Sequence record: LR756502.1
DNA length: 64,000 nucleotides
Direction: 5' to 3' (one strand)
In this document: in pieces, positions 28,919-37,172 of the stretch
How the letters are laid out: every line of letters starts with the position of its first letter
Position numbering within the stretch: position 1 is the first letter of the stretch
The notes under the pieces: model-generated
What the model saw: the letters and a program-made list of their open reading frames with translations, nothing else
What the model was told of the DNA's origin: nothing
Database searches by the model: none
Made by a program: the position numbers and the translations under genes

Positions 28919-29144
28919 ATCGACAAAGTTTAATACATCACCATACTGGGTTGTTAAGTGTGATAGTTCATCAGATGAGCTACCAATAAACCCACTGACA
29001 ATGCCAAGTGAATATAATAATTTTATGGGTAGGTGGTATAGTAAGCCATTGTTAGGTAGAAAGGTTAAATTTGAGTTGGAGGAAATAGAACATAAAGATT
29101 CAAGTGGGGAGTCATTTTCAATGTGGTATGCCTGTATAGAATAA
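28896..29144 (+). CDS. Hypothetical protein
   Basis: 82-aa ORF in the plus-strand operon. Confidence 0.6.
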   Translation: METGTIIKSTKFNTSPYWVVKCDSSSDELPINPLTMPSEYNNFMGRWYSKPLLGRKVKFELEEIEHKDSSGESFSMWYACIE

Positions 29145-29147
29145 TTT

Positions 29148-29179
29148 TTTGTGTATTTGGCTTAATTTTTGTATATTTG
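29148..29179 (+). promoter_or_regulatory. Bacteroidota primary-sigma promoter
   Basis: TTTG 29148-29151, 20-nt spacer, TATATTTG 29172-29179, 6 nt before the rnpA ATG. Confidence 0.75.
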
Positions 29180-29185
29180 TATATA

Positions 29186-29491
29186 ATGAAAAATACAATA
29201 AAAAATAAGTCGGATATTGATAACCTATTTAAGAATGGTAAGTCCACATATGATAATCTAATTATGCTTAAGTGGGTAGATTCTACTGATACTAAGTATC
29301 TATTTGCTGTTTCCTCTAAGAAATTTAAAAGAGCAGTTGATAGAAATAGGGTTAAGAGATTGATGAGGGAGTCTGTTTCTAAAATATCTATACGTGGTAA
29401 GAGTATTGCTTTTATTCTAAGAGGAGATATTGTACCAACATTTAACGAGATTAATAAATCAATTAGTAATTTAACAAAGACATGGATTTAG
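29186..29491 (+). CDS. rnpA: Ribonuclease P protein component
   Basis: IKNKSDIDNLFKNGKS and RNR motif FAVSSKKFKRAVDRNRVKRLMRES; start reassigned to ATG 29186. Confidence 0.88.
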   Translation: MKNTIKNKSDIDNLFKNGKSTYDNLIMLKWVDSTDTKYLFAVSSKKFKRAVDRNRVKRLMRESVSKISIRGKSIAFILRGDIVPTFNEINKSISNLTKTWI

Positions 29492-30084
29492 GAGATAAAA
29501 CAAAAATAATTCTAATATTGGTTGGGTTAGCTTTAATGGTATATTTAATTATTAAAACGATGCTAGCTATTAGAAATAAGAAGACTGATGGAGGTATCAT
29601 GGGAATACTTGGTGCTGCTGATAGTTTACCAACTGTATTGAAAAAAGTTGAGGCATTTGATGAGAATGCTTATGTCTATGAGATATTTAAGGCTGTATTT
29701 GTTTCTATAGGTCTAGTGGATGATTGGTCAATTGATGTTGGTTGGGATAAAATTCTATTTAAAAAGAAAAAGTCCAATTCAGTAAATGGTGTATGGAAAC
29801 CCGATTCTTCAATAACTCTAAGAGTTGAATATGAATTTGTCGGTGATATTTTTACTATTAAGAAAGTAATTCTAACAGATGAATTGGAGAGGAGAGATTT
29901 TAGATGTTATTCTGATAAGTTGAGTGAGAGTGAGATTCTTATTATATACAATGCCTATTCTGATTCTGTTGATAAGTCAAATGAAGCTAGTAAGGAGGTT
30001 GTTGATAGGAGTCTTTTAAATATTAGAAATATTATTGGTAAGGCAGCTGATAGAGAGGATAAACTAAATAAAATATTAGGATAA
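29482..30084 (+). CDS. Membrane-anchored hypothetical protein with C-terminal tag
   Basis: N-terminal TM; ends ADREDKLNKILG. Confidence 0.7.
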   Translation: MDLGDKTKIILILVGLALMVYLIIKTMLAIRNKKTDGGIMGILGAADSLPTVLKKVEAFDENAYVYEIFKAVFVSIGLVDDWSIDVGWDKILFKKKKSNSVNGVWKPDSSITLRVEYEFVGDIFTIKKVILTDELERRDFRCYSDKLSESEILIIYNAYSDSVDKSNEASKEVVDRSLLNIRNIIGKAADREDKLNKILG

Positions 30085-30998
30085 TGATTATAAAATATGA
30101 TACTATAAAGGAAAATATTAAAATATTTGATGAGGTTAAAAAGTCTCTACCAATTATTAAAAAGTATATTGATGGTGAAGTTTCAATTTCTGCCTTACAA
30201 ACAGTAGGTCTAGGTCCTTTTGGTAACTTCTATGACTACTCAGTAAACCCAGCAAAAAATTACCTTGCTAAACCAGTCCTAGATCCAAAACCAATTATAA
30301 TGGAAGGTATTACTTGGAGAAAACTAAAGGCTATTCTTGTAGAAAATACAACGATAGAAAGGTTTAAGACCTATATTAAGAATAGAACACAAAAACAGTT
30401 TAATGCAATATTAAATAACCCTGATGTATATGATAGACTATTAAATGGTCGTTGGGTTAGAAGACCAAGTAGAAGACGCTCACAGGGCACAAGAGGTGAA
30501 AAGATTAGTTCATTTACCACTTGTCAAATAGAGATAATAAATTATGTAATATTCAATCAAATTGATATTGGTGTTAGCCTACTTGGTTCTAATTGGTTCG
30601 TTGATTCTAAATTAATATTGGATAATACTCTATTGAGAGAGATGACTGTTACCGAGAATTTACTAACATCATTTGTTGATGTTATATCTACATCAAAGAT
30701 AGATTTCAAGAAATTAAACCTTGACTACATTACATCATATATTAGTGATAGTATTAGGAAGTTAATAACTATTGAAAATGATACAAGTATTAAATGTATA
30801 AAGGATTATGGTACTGTCGGATCAATGTTTTTAACTGAAGGTGTTTCGTATGTTGTGTCTGGTTACCATATAAGAAGTGGTTATCTTAATGTTTTGATTA
30901 AAGATGATACTGGTCGACTAAACTACTATCCATTTTCATACTTTGAGGATATGGCATACCATAGAGGTAGTCTATTAGATAGTTTACTTGGTGATTAA
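30084..30998 (+). CDS. Hypothetical protein with variant C-terminal tag
   Basis: Ends YFEDMAYHRGSLLDSLLGD. Confidence 0.7.
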   Translation: MIIKYDTIKENIKIFDEVKKSLPIIKKYIDGEVSISALQTVGLGPFGNFYDYSVNPAKNYLAKPVLDPKPIIMEGITWRKLKAILVENTTIERFKTYIKNRTQKQFNAILNNPDVYDRLLNGRWVRRPSRRRSQGTRGEKISSFTTCQIEIINYVIFNQIDIGVSLLGSNWFVDSKLILDNTLLREMTVTENLLTSFVDVISTSKIDFKKLNLDYITSYISDSIRKLITIENDTSIKCIKDYGTVGSMFLTEGVSYVVSGYHIRSGYLNVLIKDDTGRLNYYPFSYFEDMAYHRGSLLDSLLGD

Positions 30999-31015
30999 TA
31001 AAAATATAAATGTAA

Positions 31016-31654
31016 ATGATACCAACAGCTGAAGATATAATTAGCGCCTCTGGATTTCATCCTAGTCGGGTTTTCTGTGTCTATTTATTTGGTAGTCGAG
31101 TATATGGTACTGCTAGTGATAAATCTGATTGGGATATAATAATGGTTGCTAATAACTCAGTAGAATCAACTGAATTATCTGGTCTTAAAAGGGGTATCTA
31201 TAACATACACGTTTATACCCCGAAGAAGTTCCAGGAAGATTTGGATTGGCATAGAATTAACAACCTTGAGTGTGTGTTTGCTCCAAACTGGGCAAAATTA
31301 AAGGAGGATATAAAGTGGGAGTTTAAGATAGATACTGCTAAGCTTCGACATGCTATATCACACATTAGTTCCAATAGTTGGGTAAAATGTAAGAAAAAGT
31401 TAGCACAGGATGAGTACTACCTTGGTATAAAGAGTTTATTCCATTCTATTAGAATACCTATGTTTGGTCTTCAGATTGCTAACTTCGGAAAGATTGTTGA
31501 TTTTTCAGAGGCAAATTATATTTGGGATGATTTGACATTTAAGTCCATTCCATTATACATGAGGGATAAGTCTGAGTGGACCTGGGATGAATTATCAAAA
31601 AAATGGAAACCTGAACTTAATAGTATACTTACTAAGTTTAGAATTTCTCTTTAG
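31016..31654 (+). CDS. Pol-beta-superfamily nucleotidyltransferase
   Basis: YLFGSRVYGTASDKSDWDII, then helical domain with KSLFHSIRI. Confidence 0.8.
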   Translation: MIPTAEDIISASGFHPSRVFCVYLFGSRVYGTASDKSDWDIIMVANNSVESTELSGLKRGIYNIHVYTPKKFQEDLDWHRINNLECVFAPNWAKLKEDIKWEFKIDTAKLRHAISHISSNSWVKCKKKLAQDEYYLGIKSLFHSIRIPMFGLQIANFGKIVDFSEANYIWDDLTFKSIPLYMRDKSEWTWDELSKKWKPELNSILTKFRISL

Positions 31655-31656
31655 TA

Positions 31657-32067
31657 TTACTCTCCTTCCTCACGAAAATATCCGTCTTCTTCTTCTTCAC
31701 CACTTCCAATGAAGCTTTCCGCATCTTCAATAATATAAACAAGTTCGTCTTGAATAGGGTTATTATTTTGCCAGAAGAATAATCTCATTATTTCCTCACC
31801 ATCCTTACTAAGTAAGTCAGTTATACCCATTGCCCAATCTAAACAGGATCCTTTTCTAATTTGATCTCCTTGCTTAGCAATAATTATACCATCTCTAACT
31901 TCTAGTATTTTACTTCCTGGGAAATAATCCTTTATGATATTAACAACCGATTCAATATCATTTTCAGTTGGTTTATAGATTTTAACATGTTTCATATCTA
32001 GCTTAAGATTCTTACCACTTGATTTAGTGTCCTCGTTACTTTCGTTAAATTTATTTAAGTGTTTCAT
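31657..32067 (-). CDS. Hypothetical protein with N-terminal leader
   Basis: Likely ATG at 32067: MKHLNKFNES. Confidence 0.65.
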   Translation of the reverse strand: MKHLNKFNESNEDTKSSGKNLKLDMKHVKIYKPTENDIESVVNIIKDYFPGSKILEVRDGIIIAKQGDQIRKGSCLDWAMGITDLLSKDGEEIMRLFFWQNNNPIQDELVYIIEDAESFIGSGEEEEDGYFREEGE

Positions 32068-32074
32068 ATAAAAT

Positions 32075-32665
32075 TTATTTATTATATCCAAGCTGTTTTG
32101 CTCTAAAATAAAACTTATCAGCTATTTGATTCATAATTGTTCTTGGGAATTTGCCTTCTGTTGCCATTTGTTCAGCAGTTAATGCTCTCCAGAATGCCTT
32201 CTCACCATTCTTAATTTTGTCTGCCATCTCTGTTACTTGTTGTAACAACATATCTTTATCATCTTTGTATGATTTGTATATATCAATTATTCTTGTTCTA
32301 TGTGATAACATTTTACCTTTGTTAGATGATTCATTTATCTTTAAGTTTACTTCTTCTATTCCCTTATCTAGTGATTCCCAATCAGATATTTTTGATTTAA
32401 GACCTTCTAATAACTTAACCTTATCTTTTAGAGTTTTACTATCCATTAAATTCATAAGTGCTTCGATGAACATTTCCTTGCCCGCAATTTTAATACTGCC
32501 TGCTCTAAGATACCTATCAACTGGTCCATAAGTTCTTATGGTTAATAATTTTTCCATTAAATCTAATACACCATACTTAAATATATCTTCTTCAGTTATA
32601 AGTGTTTCTTTAACTTTAGGTTTCTCATTTATTTTTTGATTAGTTATATTACTAAACTTTTTCAT
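32075..32665 (-). CDS. Hypothetical helical protein with N-terminal leader
   Basis: Starts MKKFSNITNQKINE; TAATATATAA at 32689-32698. Confidence 0.7.
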   Translation of the reverse strand: MKKFSNITNQKINEKPKVKETLITEEDIFKYGVLDLMEKLLTIRTYGPVDRYLRAGSIKIAGKEMFIEALMNLMDSKTLKDKVKLLEGLKSKISDWESLDKGIEEVNLKINESSNKGKMLSHRTRIIDIYKSYKDDKDMLLQQVTEMADKIKNGEKAFWRALTAEQMATEGKFPRTIMNQIADKFYFRAKQLGYNK

Positions 32666-32715
32666 ATCATTAAACTTTATTTCGTTTCTTATATATTAAA
32701 AATATGAATTCTATT

Positions 32716-32746
32716 TTTGGTTTCCTATTAATAATTCGTATATTAG
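32716..32746 (+). promoter_or_regulatory. Variant Bacteroidota primary-sigma promoter
   Basis: TTTG 32716-32719, 19-nt spacer, TATATTAG 32739-32746. Confidence 0.5.
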
Positions 32747-32750
32747 CAAC

Positions 32751-33626
32751 ATGATAAGACTGCTACGTAGATTTGATGGATGGCTCTTAATGAGTGATTT
32801 TAGAAATAAATGGTTCGAAAAGAATATCAAGTGGCAGTTGCACTCACTGATAGTGTATATAATATATCCAGAGTTTAGATACTCACGTAATATTAAAAGT
32901 ATAATTTACTCTAATAAGTACCTAATCTACTTAACTTCTATAATATTAATATCTTTAATATCATCATTTTATATTGGTAGAATGATCAGTGTAGGTGAGA
33001 TTAAAGAGCTTAGATCAGACATTGGTGATAATGTAGTTGAGATTTGCAGACTTAATAAATCACTAGTTACTAGTCTAAATAAAATATCAGACATCTCTAC
33101 TGAGATAAGGTCAAGAGATTATATACAATATAAAGTAATAAGTGAGTCAAAGATAGAACAAATATCAAATCTTAAATCTGTTCCGGATTCTATATTCCTA
33201 CTTATGGTTGATGAGGCTGATAAGTACAAAATACCATATGTTATATTTTTCCGAGTAATGGAAAGGGAATCTAAATTTCAATTCGTATCAAATACAGAAG
33301 GATCTGGTGCGATGGGTTATATGCAAGTTGTTAGGTCTACATTCTCTATGTATTATGATAAGCTTAAATTGGTTGGTGGTCATACACCAGGTAATAACAT
33401 AAGAGTGTCCGCTGATCTTATAAGTTCTATTCATGACTTTTGGGAGAGTAAATTTGTGGATGATAGAAAAATATGGGAGTATACTTTATCTGAATATGCT
33501 TGTGGTAGAGCCCCTATGTCTAGTGAATCTGGATACTTTATACCTGAGAGCGTTAAGGGTGGTATAGACTATGTAATGAAGTATTATGTAGATTCTAAAT
33601 TGAATAAAAGAAAAAAGTCGAGTTAA
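32751..33626 (+). CDS. Membrane-anchored lytic transglycosylase (SLT domain)
   Basis: TM and coiled coil, then VMERESKF...GAMGYMQV...YTLSEYACG. Confidence 0.8.
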   Translation: MIRLLRRFDGWLLMSDFRNKWFEKNIKWQLHSLIVYIIYPEFRYSRNIKSIIYSNKYLIYLTSIILISLISSFYIGRMISVGEIKELRSDIGDNVVEICRLNKSLVTSLNKISDISTEIRSRDYIQYKVISESKIEQISNLKSVPDSIFLLMVDEADKYKIPYVIFFRVMERESKFQFVSNTEGSGAMGYMQVVRSTFSMYYDKLKLVGGHTPGNNIRVSADLISSIHDFWESKFVDDRKIWEYTLSEYACGRAPMSSESGYFIPESVKGGIDYVMKYYVDSKLNKRKKSS

Positions 33627-33640
33627 ACCCGACTTTTCTT
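33613..33640. terminator. Intrinsic terminator between convergent genes
   Basis: aaaagtcgagtt/aacccgactttt hairpin flanked by A and T runs. Confidence 0.65.
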
Positions 33641-33646
33641 AATTTT

Positions 33647-33883
33647 TTATATTTTGCTTTTGTAATCTTGTACATCATTTCTTATTTCTTGTGAGACCTT
33701 TTTAATCTCTTGCATCATTCTTCTTATTCTTGTACCTGCTGTCTTATTTCCTCTCACAAAGAACTTTTCGAAATCATCTTTCAAATTATGTTTCTTACCC
33801 TTTCCAGTTGCTTTATCAATGTCAAGATCAACCTCCTCTGTAAGAAGCTTTATAAGTGCTTCGTATTTATCTACATACTCCAT
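33647..33883 (-). CDS. Hc1-family histone H1-like protein (Bacteroidota type)
   Basis: DFEKFFVRGNKTAGTRIRRMMQEIKKVSQEIRNDVQ. Confidence 0.75.
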   Translation of the reverse strand: MEYVDKYEALIKLLTEEVDLDIDKATGKGKKHNLKDDFEKFFVRGNKTAGTRIRRMMQEIKKVSQEIRNDVQDYKSKI

Positions 33884-33940
33884 AATAACAATTATTTTTT
33901 ATTATATATTCGTAAATTACATCTACCTTGTTTTCATAAA

Positions 33941-33965
33941 AAAACCCACTCAATGAGTGGGTTTT
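33941..33965. terminator. Intrinsic terminator
   Basis: aaaacccactca-a-tgagtgggtttt perfect stem. Confidence 0.8.
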
Positions 33966-33985
33966 AAAAGAATTATATTATTCTG

Positions 33986-34522
33986 TTATTTTTTAACTTT
34001 CTTATCTGCAACCTTCTTAGGAGCCTTTTTAGGTTCTTCAACTTTCTTAGCTGCAACCTTTTTAGGAGCTGCTTTCTTAGCCGCAACCTTCTTAGCTGGT
34101 TTCTTTACTTCTTCCTTCTTAGCTGGTGACTTATCCTCTTTCTTTTTAGCAATAAAGTCTTTATTATCAACCTCATTTTTTTCTTCATACTTTTCTTTAG
34201 CATCCTTAGCTTCTGCTTCAGTTAATCCAATATAGTAATATGGGTAGTTTTCGTTATAGTGGTAGTTCTTTACTAAGATATGCTTAACACCTACCTTTTT
34301 ATCCGCTTTTAAGTCGTGTAATGCGTTTAGAACCTGATCAGTAGTATATTTTCCCTTAAGATATGCAATAATACCAGCTTGTGAATATGCTGACTTTTCA
34401 GTTGGCCAGTTTTTGCTACTCATTGTGACAGTTGGATTGCTGTTAAGCATCTTAAGAATCTCTTCTTTCGCGTCATCTTTTTTAGCTTCATTGATGAACT
34501 GATTATATCTTTTCACTTCCAT
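33986..34522 (-). CDS. Protein with N-terminal leader and Lys/Ala/Pro-rich histone-H1-like tail
   Basis: Starts MEVKRYNQFINEAKK; ends PAKKVAAKKAAPKKVAAKKVEEPKKAPKKVADKKVKK. Confidence 0.8.
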   Translation of the reverse strand: MEVKRYNQFINEAKKDDAKEEILKMLNSNPTVTMSSKNWPTEKSAYSQAGIIAYLKGKYTTDQVLNALHDLKADKKVGVKHILVKNYHYNENYPYYYIGLTEAEAKDAKEKYEEKNEVDNKDFIAKKKEDKSPAKKEEVKKPAKKVAAKKAAPKKVAAKKVEEPKKAPKKVADKKVKK

Positions 34523-34607
34523 ATTTTATATTATTTTTATAACTTATATATTAAATATAAACTATTGATTTTTTTATTTTTTACTTAAATTTTTGTATAT
34601 TTATATT

Positions 34608-35237
34608 ATGGACTATAAATTAAAGGAAATATCAAATAGAATATGGTTAGTCGAGTTTGATGACTACTATAATCTATCAATGACATTCTTGAGGTATCAA
34701 GAGTTCTACGAGTCACCAAATGAAAAATTCTTCAGAACCCCATTCCTTATAAAAGAATATGTTGATTGGTATTCCTCTGGTGAAGATTTTACTTATCATC
34801 TAGATTGGATGGGATTTAATATACCGTCCAATTTTATTATTGAGTGTCAAAGTAATATACCTGATATAAATGAGTGGGACATTGTAATGTCTGATATAGT
34901 TAATAAAATAAAGGATAAGTCTGGTGATTTGTTTTACCTAATTGGTATAAAGGATGGTGATAATGATGTTCTTAGACATGAAATGGCACATGGTTTATTC
35001 TATACAAATGATAGTTATAAATCAGAAATGATGGATTTGTATAGAAGTTTGCCGGATAGTATTATAGAAAGAATTAATAATTACCTAATTGATACTGGTG
35101 GTTATTCCGAGGATGTTTTCATAGATGAAACACAATCATATATGGCTACCGGCTTACCAAATGTTCTTTCTAAACAGAAGGATATTAAATTGGAGAGTAT
35201 TAAATTCAGTAATGTATTTAAAAAATATATAGATTAA
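34608..35237 (+). CDS. Hypothetical protein with HExxH zincin-like motif
   Basis: VLRHEMAHGLFY...DETQSY; ATG at 34608. Confidence 0.65.
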   Translation: MDYKLKEISNRIWLVEFDDYYNLSMTFLRYQEFYESPNEKFFRTPFLIKEYVDWYSSGEDFTYHLDWMGFNIPSNFIIECQSNIPDINEWDIVMSDIVNKIKDKSGDLFYLIGIKDGDNDVLRHEMAHGLFYTNDSYKSEMMDLYRSLPDSIIERINNYLIDTGGYSEDVFIDETQSYMATGLPNVLSKQKDIKLESIKFSNVFKKYID

Positions 35238-35380
35238 TGAATATAATTGCTTCGATAGTTGCGTTTTTGACAATATGTGAGAATATTTATAAAATATTCA
35301 CGACAGAAAGTAATGGTGAGAGAATATTGAGAATTGCTATAATGGCTTTTATGTTGATAATATTGTGTATTTTCCTGTAA
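35237..35380 (+). CDS. Small two-TM membrane protein missed by the track (47 aa)
   Basis: MNIIASIVAFLTICENIYKIFTTESNGERILRIAIMAFMLIILCIFL*; TAATG coupling. Confidence 0.55.
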   Translation: MNIIASIVAFLTICENIYKIFTTESNGERILRIAIMAFMLIILCIFL

Positions 35381-35393
35381 TGGCATTTACCAA

Positions 35394-35705
35394 TTACTTT
35401 AGTATACTATCAATAACTTTATTCCTAAAATCATCTAATATAATAAAGTTACCATCTGCAAAATCTGAGTAACAACCAAATCCATGATTTTCAAAATACA
35501 ATACTTCCATTCCGTAGTTTGAATCGTTTTCATCAATCTTGTAGTCAATTATGGTCTTCTTTGAAATTGTGTAGTGTTTCCCCTTATCAAATGACTTCCC
35601 ATGTACTTCTTCCTCTTTGGATGAATATTTACCACCAATATAGATAAGAACAGTGCCTTCGTTATATTTACTATTCTCTAGGACATCTTTGATATAATCA
35701 TTCAT
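35394..35705 (-). CDS. Hypothetical protein with variant C-terminal tag
   Basis: Ends DDFRNKVIDSILK. Confidence 0.7.
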   Translation of the reverse strand: MNDYIKDVLENSKYNEGTVLIYIGGKYSSKEEEVHGKSFDKGKHYTISKKTIIDYKIDENDSNYGMEVLYFENHGFGCYSDFADGNFIILDDFRNKVIDSILK

Positions 35706-35707
35706 AT

Positions 35708-36832
35708 CTAGTTTATATTAAAATGTGACTTCAGTATATCAAATGCAATATCTCTTTGTTTAGAGATATATCTAGCACTCCCACTTGATTTTACAATATT
35801 CAAGTTTATCATTAGCTTTACAAAGTCATTTGTGTCCTTTTGTAGTACTATTATATCATTTAACTTACACATCTCCATAATATTTTTATTTGATGGTAGT
35901 TTATCATTTGTTTTTGTATCTTTTCCGTAAATAACATTTAATATTGACTCATACATTTCCCACTTCTGATAGTTAGGATCTCTTCCTACTTTGTCTCTAA
36001 ACTCAGTATATGATCTGAACTTATAGTACTTATTGAAATAAACTCCAGCTAATATAGTAATCTCAATTATTGTTGAAATTATAACAAATAATGAAGAGTT
36101 CTTGCTATTATCATCTTTTTGAGAGTCAGTGTCTTTATTAACTTCATCGGTCTCAGCTTTTATCTTATCCGCCAGCTCCGTATTTACTTTTGATACATCC
36201 CCCTCTAGTTTAGTGTTTTCCTCTCTTAAAAGTCTTCTTTCTTCTTTAAGATCTCTTACTCGATTTCTTTGTTGTGATGATAAAGGTAGTACCGATTCTA
36301 TCTCAGTTTGTTCTTTATCTTTTGAGTCTATCTTAGCCTTATTGCCCTTTATATCTTTGTTTATTTCTTCTACTTTTAGATTGTATACTAGGCTCAAACT
36401 GTCACTATACTTCTGTATAATTTCCTTCTTGTTTGTTTCTAATATTGCACTCTTTGATGAAAATTCCTTAGCGCCACTTATTGATGAGTAAAAGGATATA
36501 CTTATTATAATTACACTAAGTAGTAATAGAGGTACTACATCCTTTCCAAAGCTCTTTGTCTTTAGATATTGAAAGCTAAATTTTTCAAAAATGTCTCTCT
36601 TAAGCATTTCTATACCAGAAAGTATAATAATAGATGCTATAGCAACTACTGATGGACTATCAGTCATTGTTGCTGATAGTATTTTAGATAACATGAAATA
36701 AGCTAAAAATATTGATGCGAGATGTCCAAAGATAGAAAGAAGAAACATTATTATGTTTATGTTCTTATAGCTTTTGTTAAAATCTTGCTCGTTAATACTT
36801 TCTTCAAGCTTCTTGTATTCCTGGATCTTCAT
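35708..36832 (-). CDS. Membrane protein with long coiled coil (about 4 TM)
   Basis: Three N-terminal hydrophobic helices, heptad-rich middle, fourth TM, soluble tail. Confidence 0.75.
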   Translation of the reverse strand: MKIQEYKKLEESINEQDFNKSYKNINIIMFLLSIFGHLASIFLAYFMLSKILSATMTDSPSVVAIASIIILSGIEMLKRDIFEKFSFQYLKTKSFGKDVVPLLLLSVIIISISFYSSISGAKEFSSKSAILETNKKEIIQKYSDSLSLVYNLKVEEINKDIKGNKAKIDSKDKEQTEIESVLPLSSQQRNRVRDLKEERRLLREENTKLEGDVSKVNTELADKIKAETDEVNKDTDSQKDDNSKNSSLFVIISTIIEITILAGVYFNKYYKFRSYTEFRDKVGRDPNYQKWEMYESILNVIYGKDTKTNDKLPSNKNIMEMCKLNDIIVLQKDTNDFVKLMINLNIVKSSGSARYISKQRDIAFDILKSHFNIN

Positions 36833-37154
36833 CTTTTTTAGTTATAATTTTTCCTGAAATTCTTTCCTTCCAGGTGAGAGATCTATTCTCTATTGATGAT
36901 ATAGTATTCTCCAAATTAGCAGACTTCATCTGTAGCTTTGTTATCTGGTCCTTTAGTCCAAGTATTTCCTCTGATAATTTTCTTGTATCTCCATCTCTTT
37001 CATCTTTGGATCTACTAAGCTTACCATGTAAACCTCTATAGAAATATCGCCACTTCAAAAGTAGATACTTTAATTCATCCGGTGAATAGTCTCCATTAAG
37101 ATCGGAGCTCATTAGAAAATCTAAAATATCCTCATCATTTAATTCTGAAATCAT
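36804..37154 (-). CDS. Coiled-coil hypothetical protein
   Basis: 116 aa; AATATATA motif just upstream. Confidence 0.65.
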   Translation of the reverse strand: MISELNDEDILDFLMSSDLNGDYSPDELKYLLLKWRYFYRGLHGKLSRSKDERDGDTRKLSEEILGLKDQITKLQMKSANLENTISSIENRSLTWKERISGKIITKKDEDPGIQEA

Positions 37155-37172
37155 TTTTTATATATTTAATTT

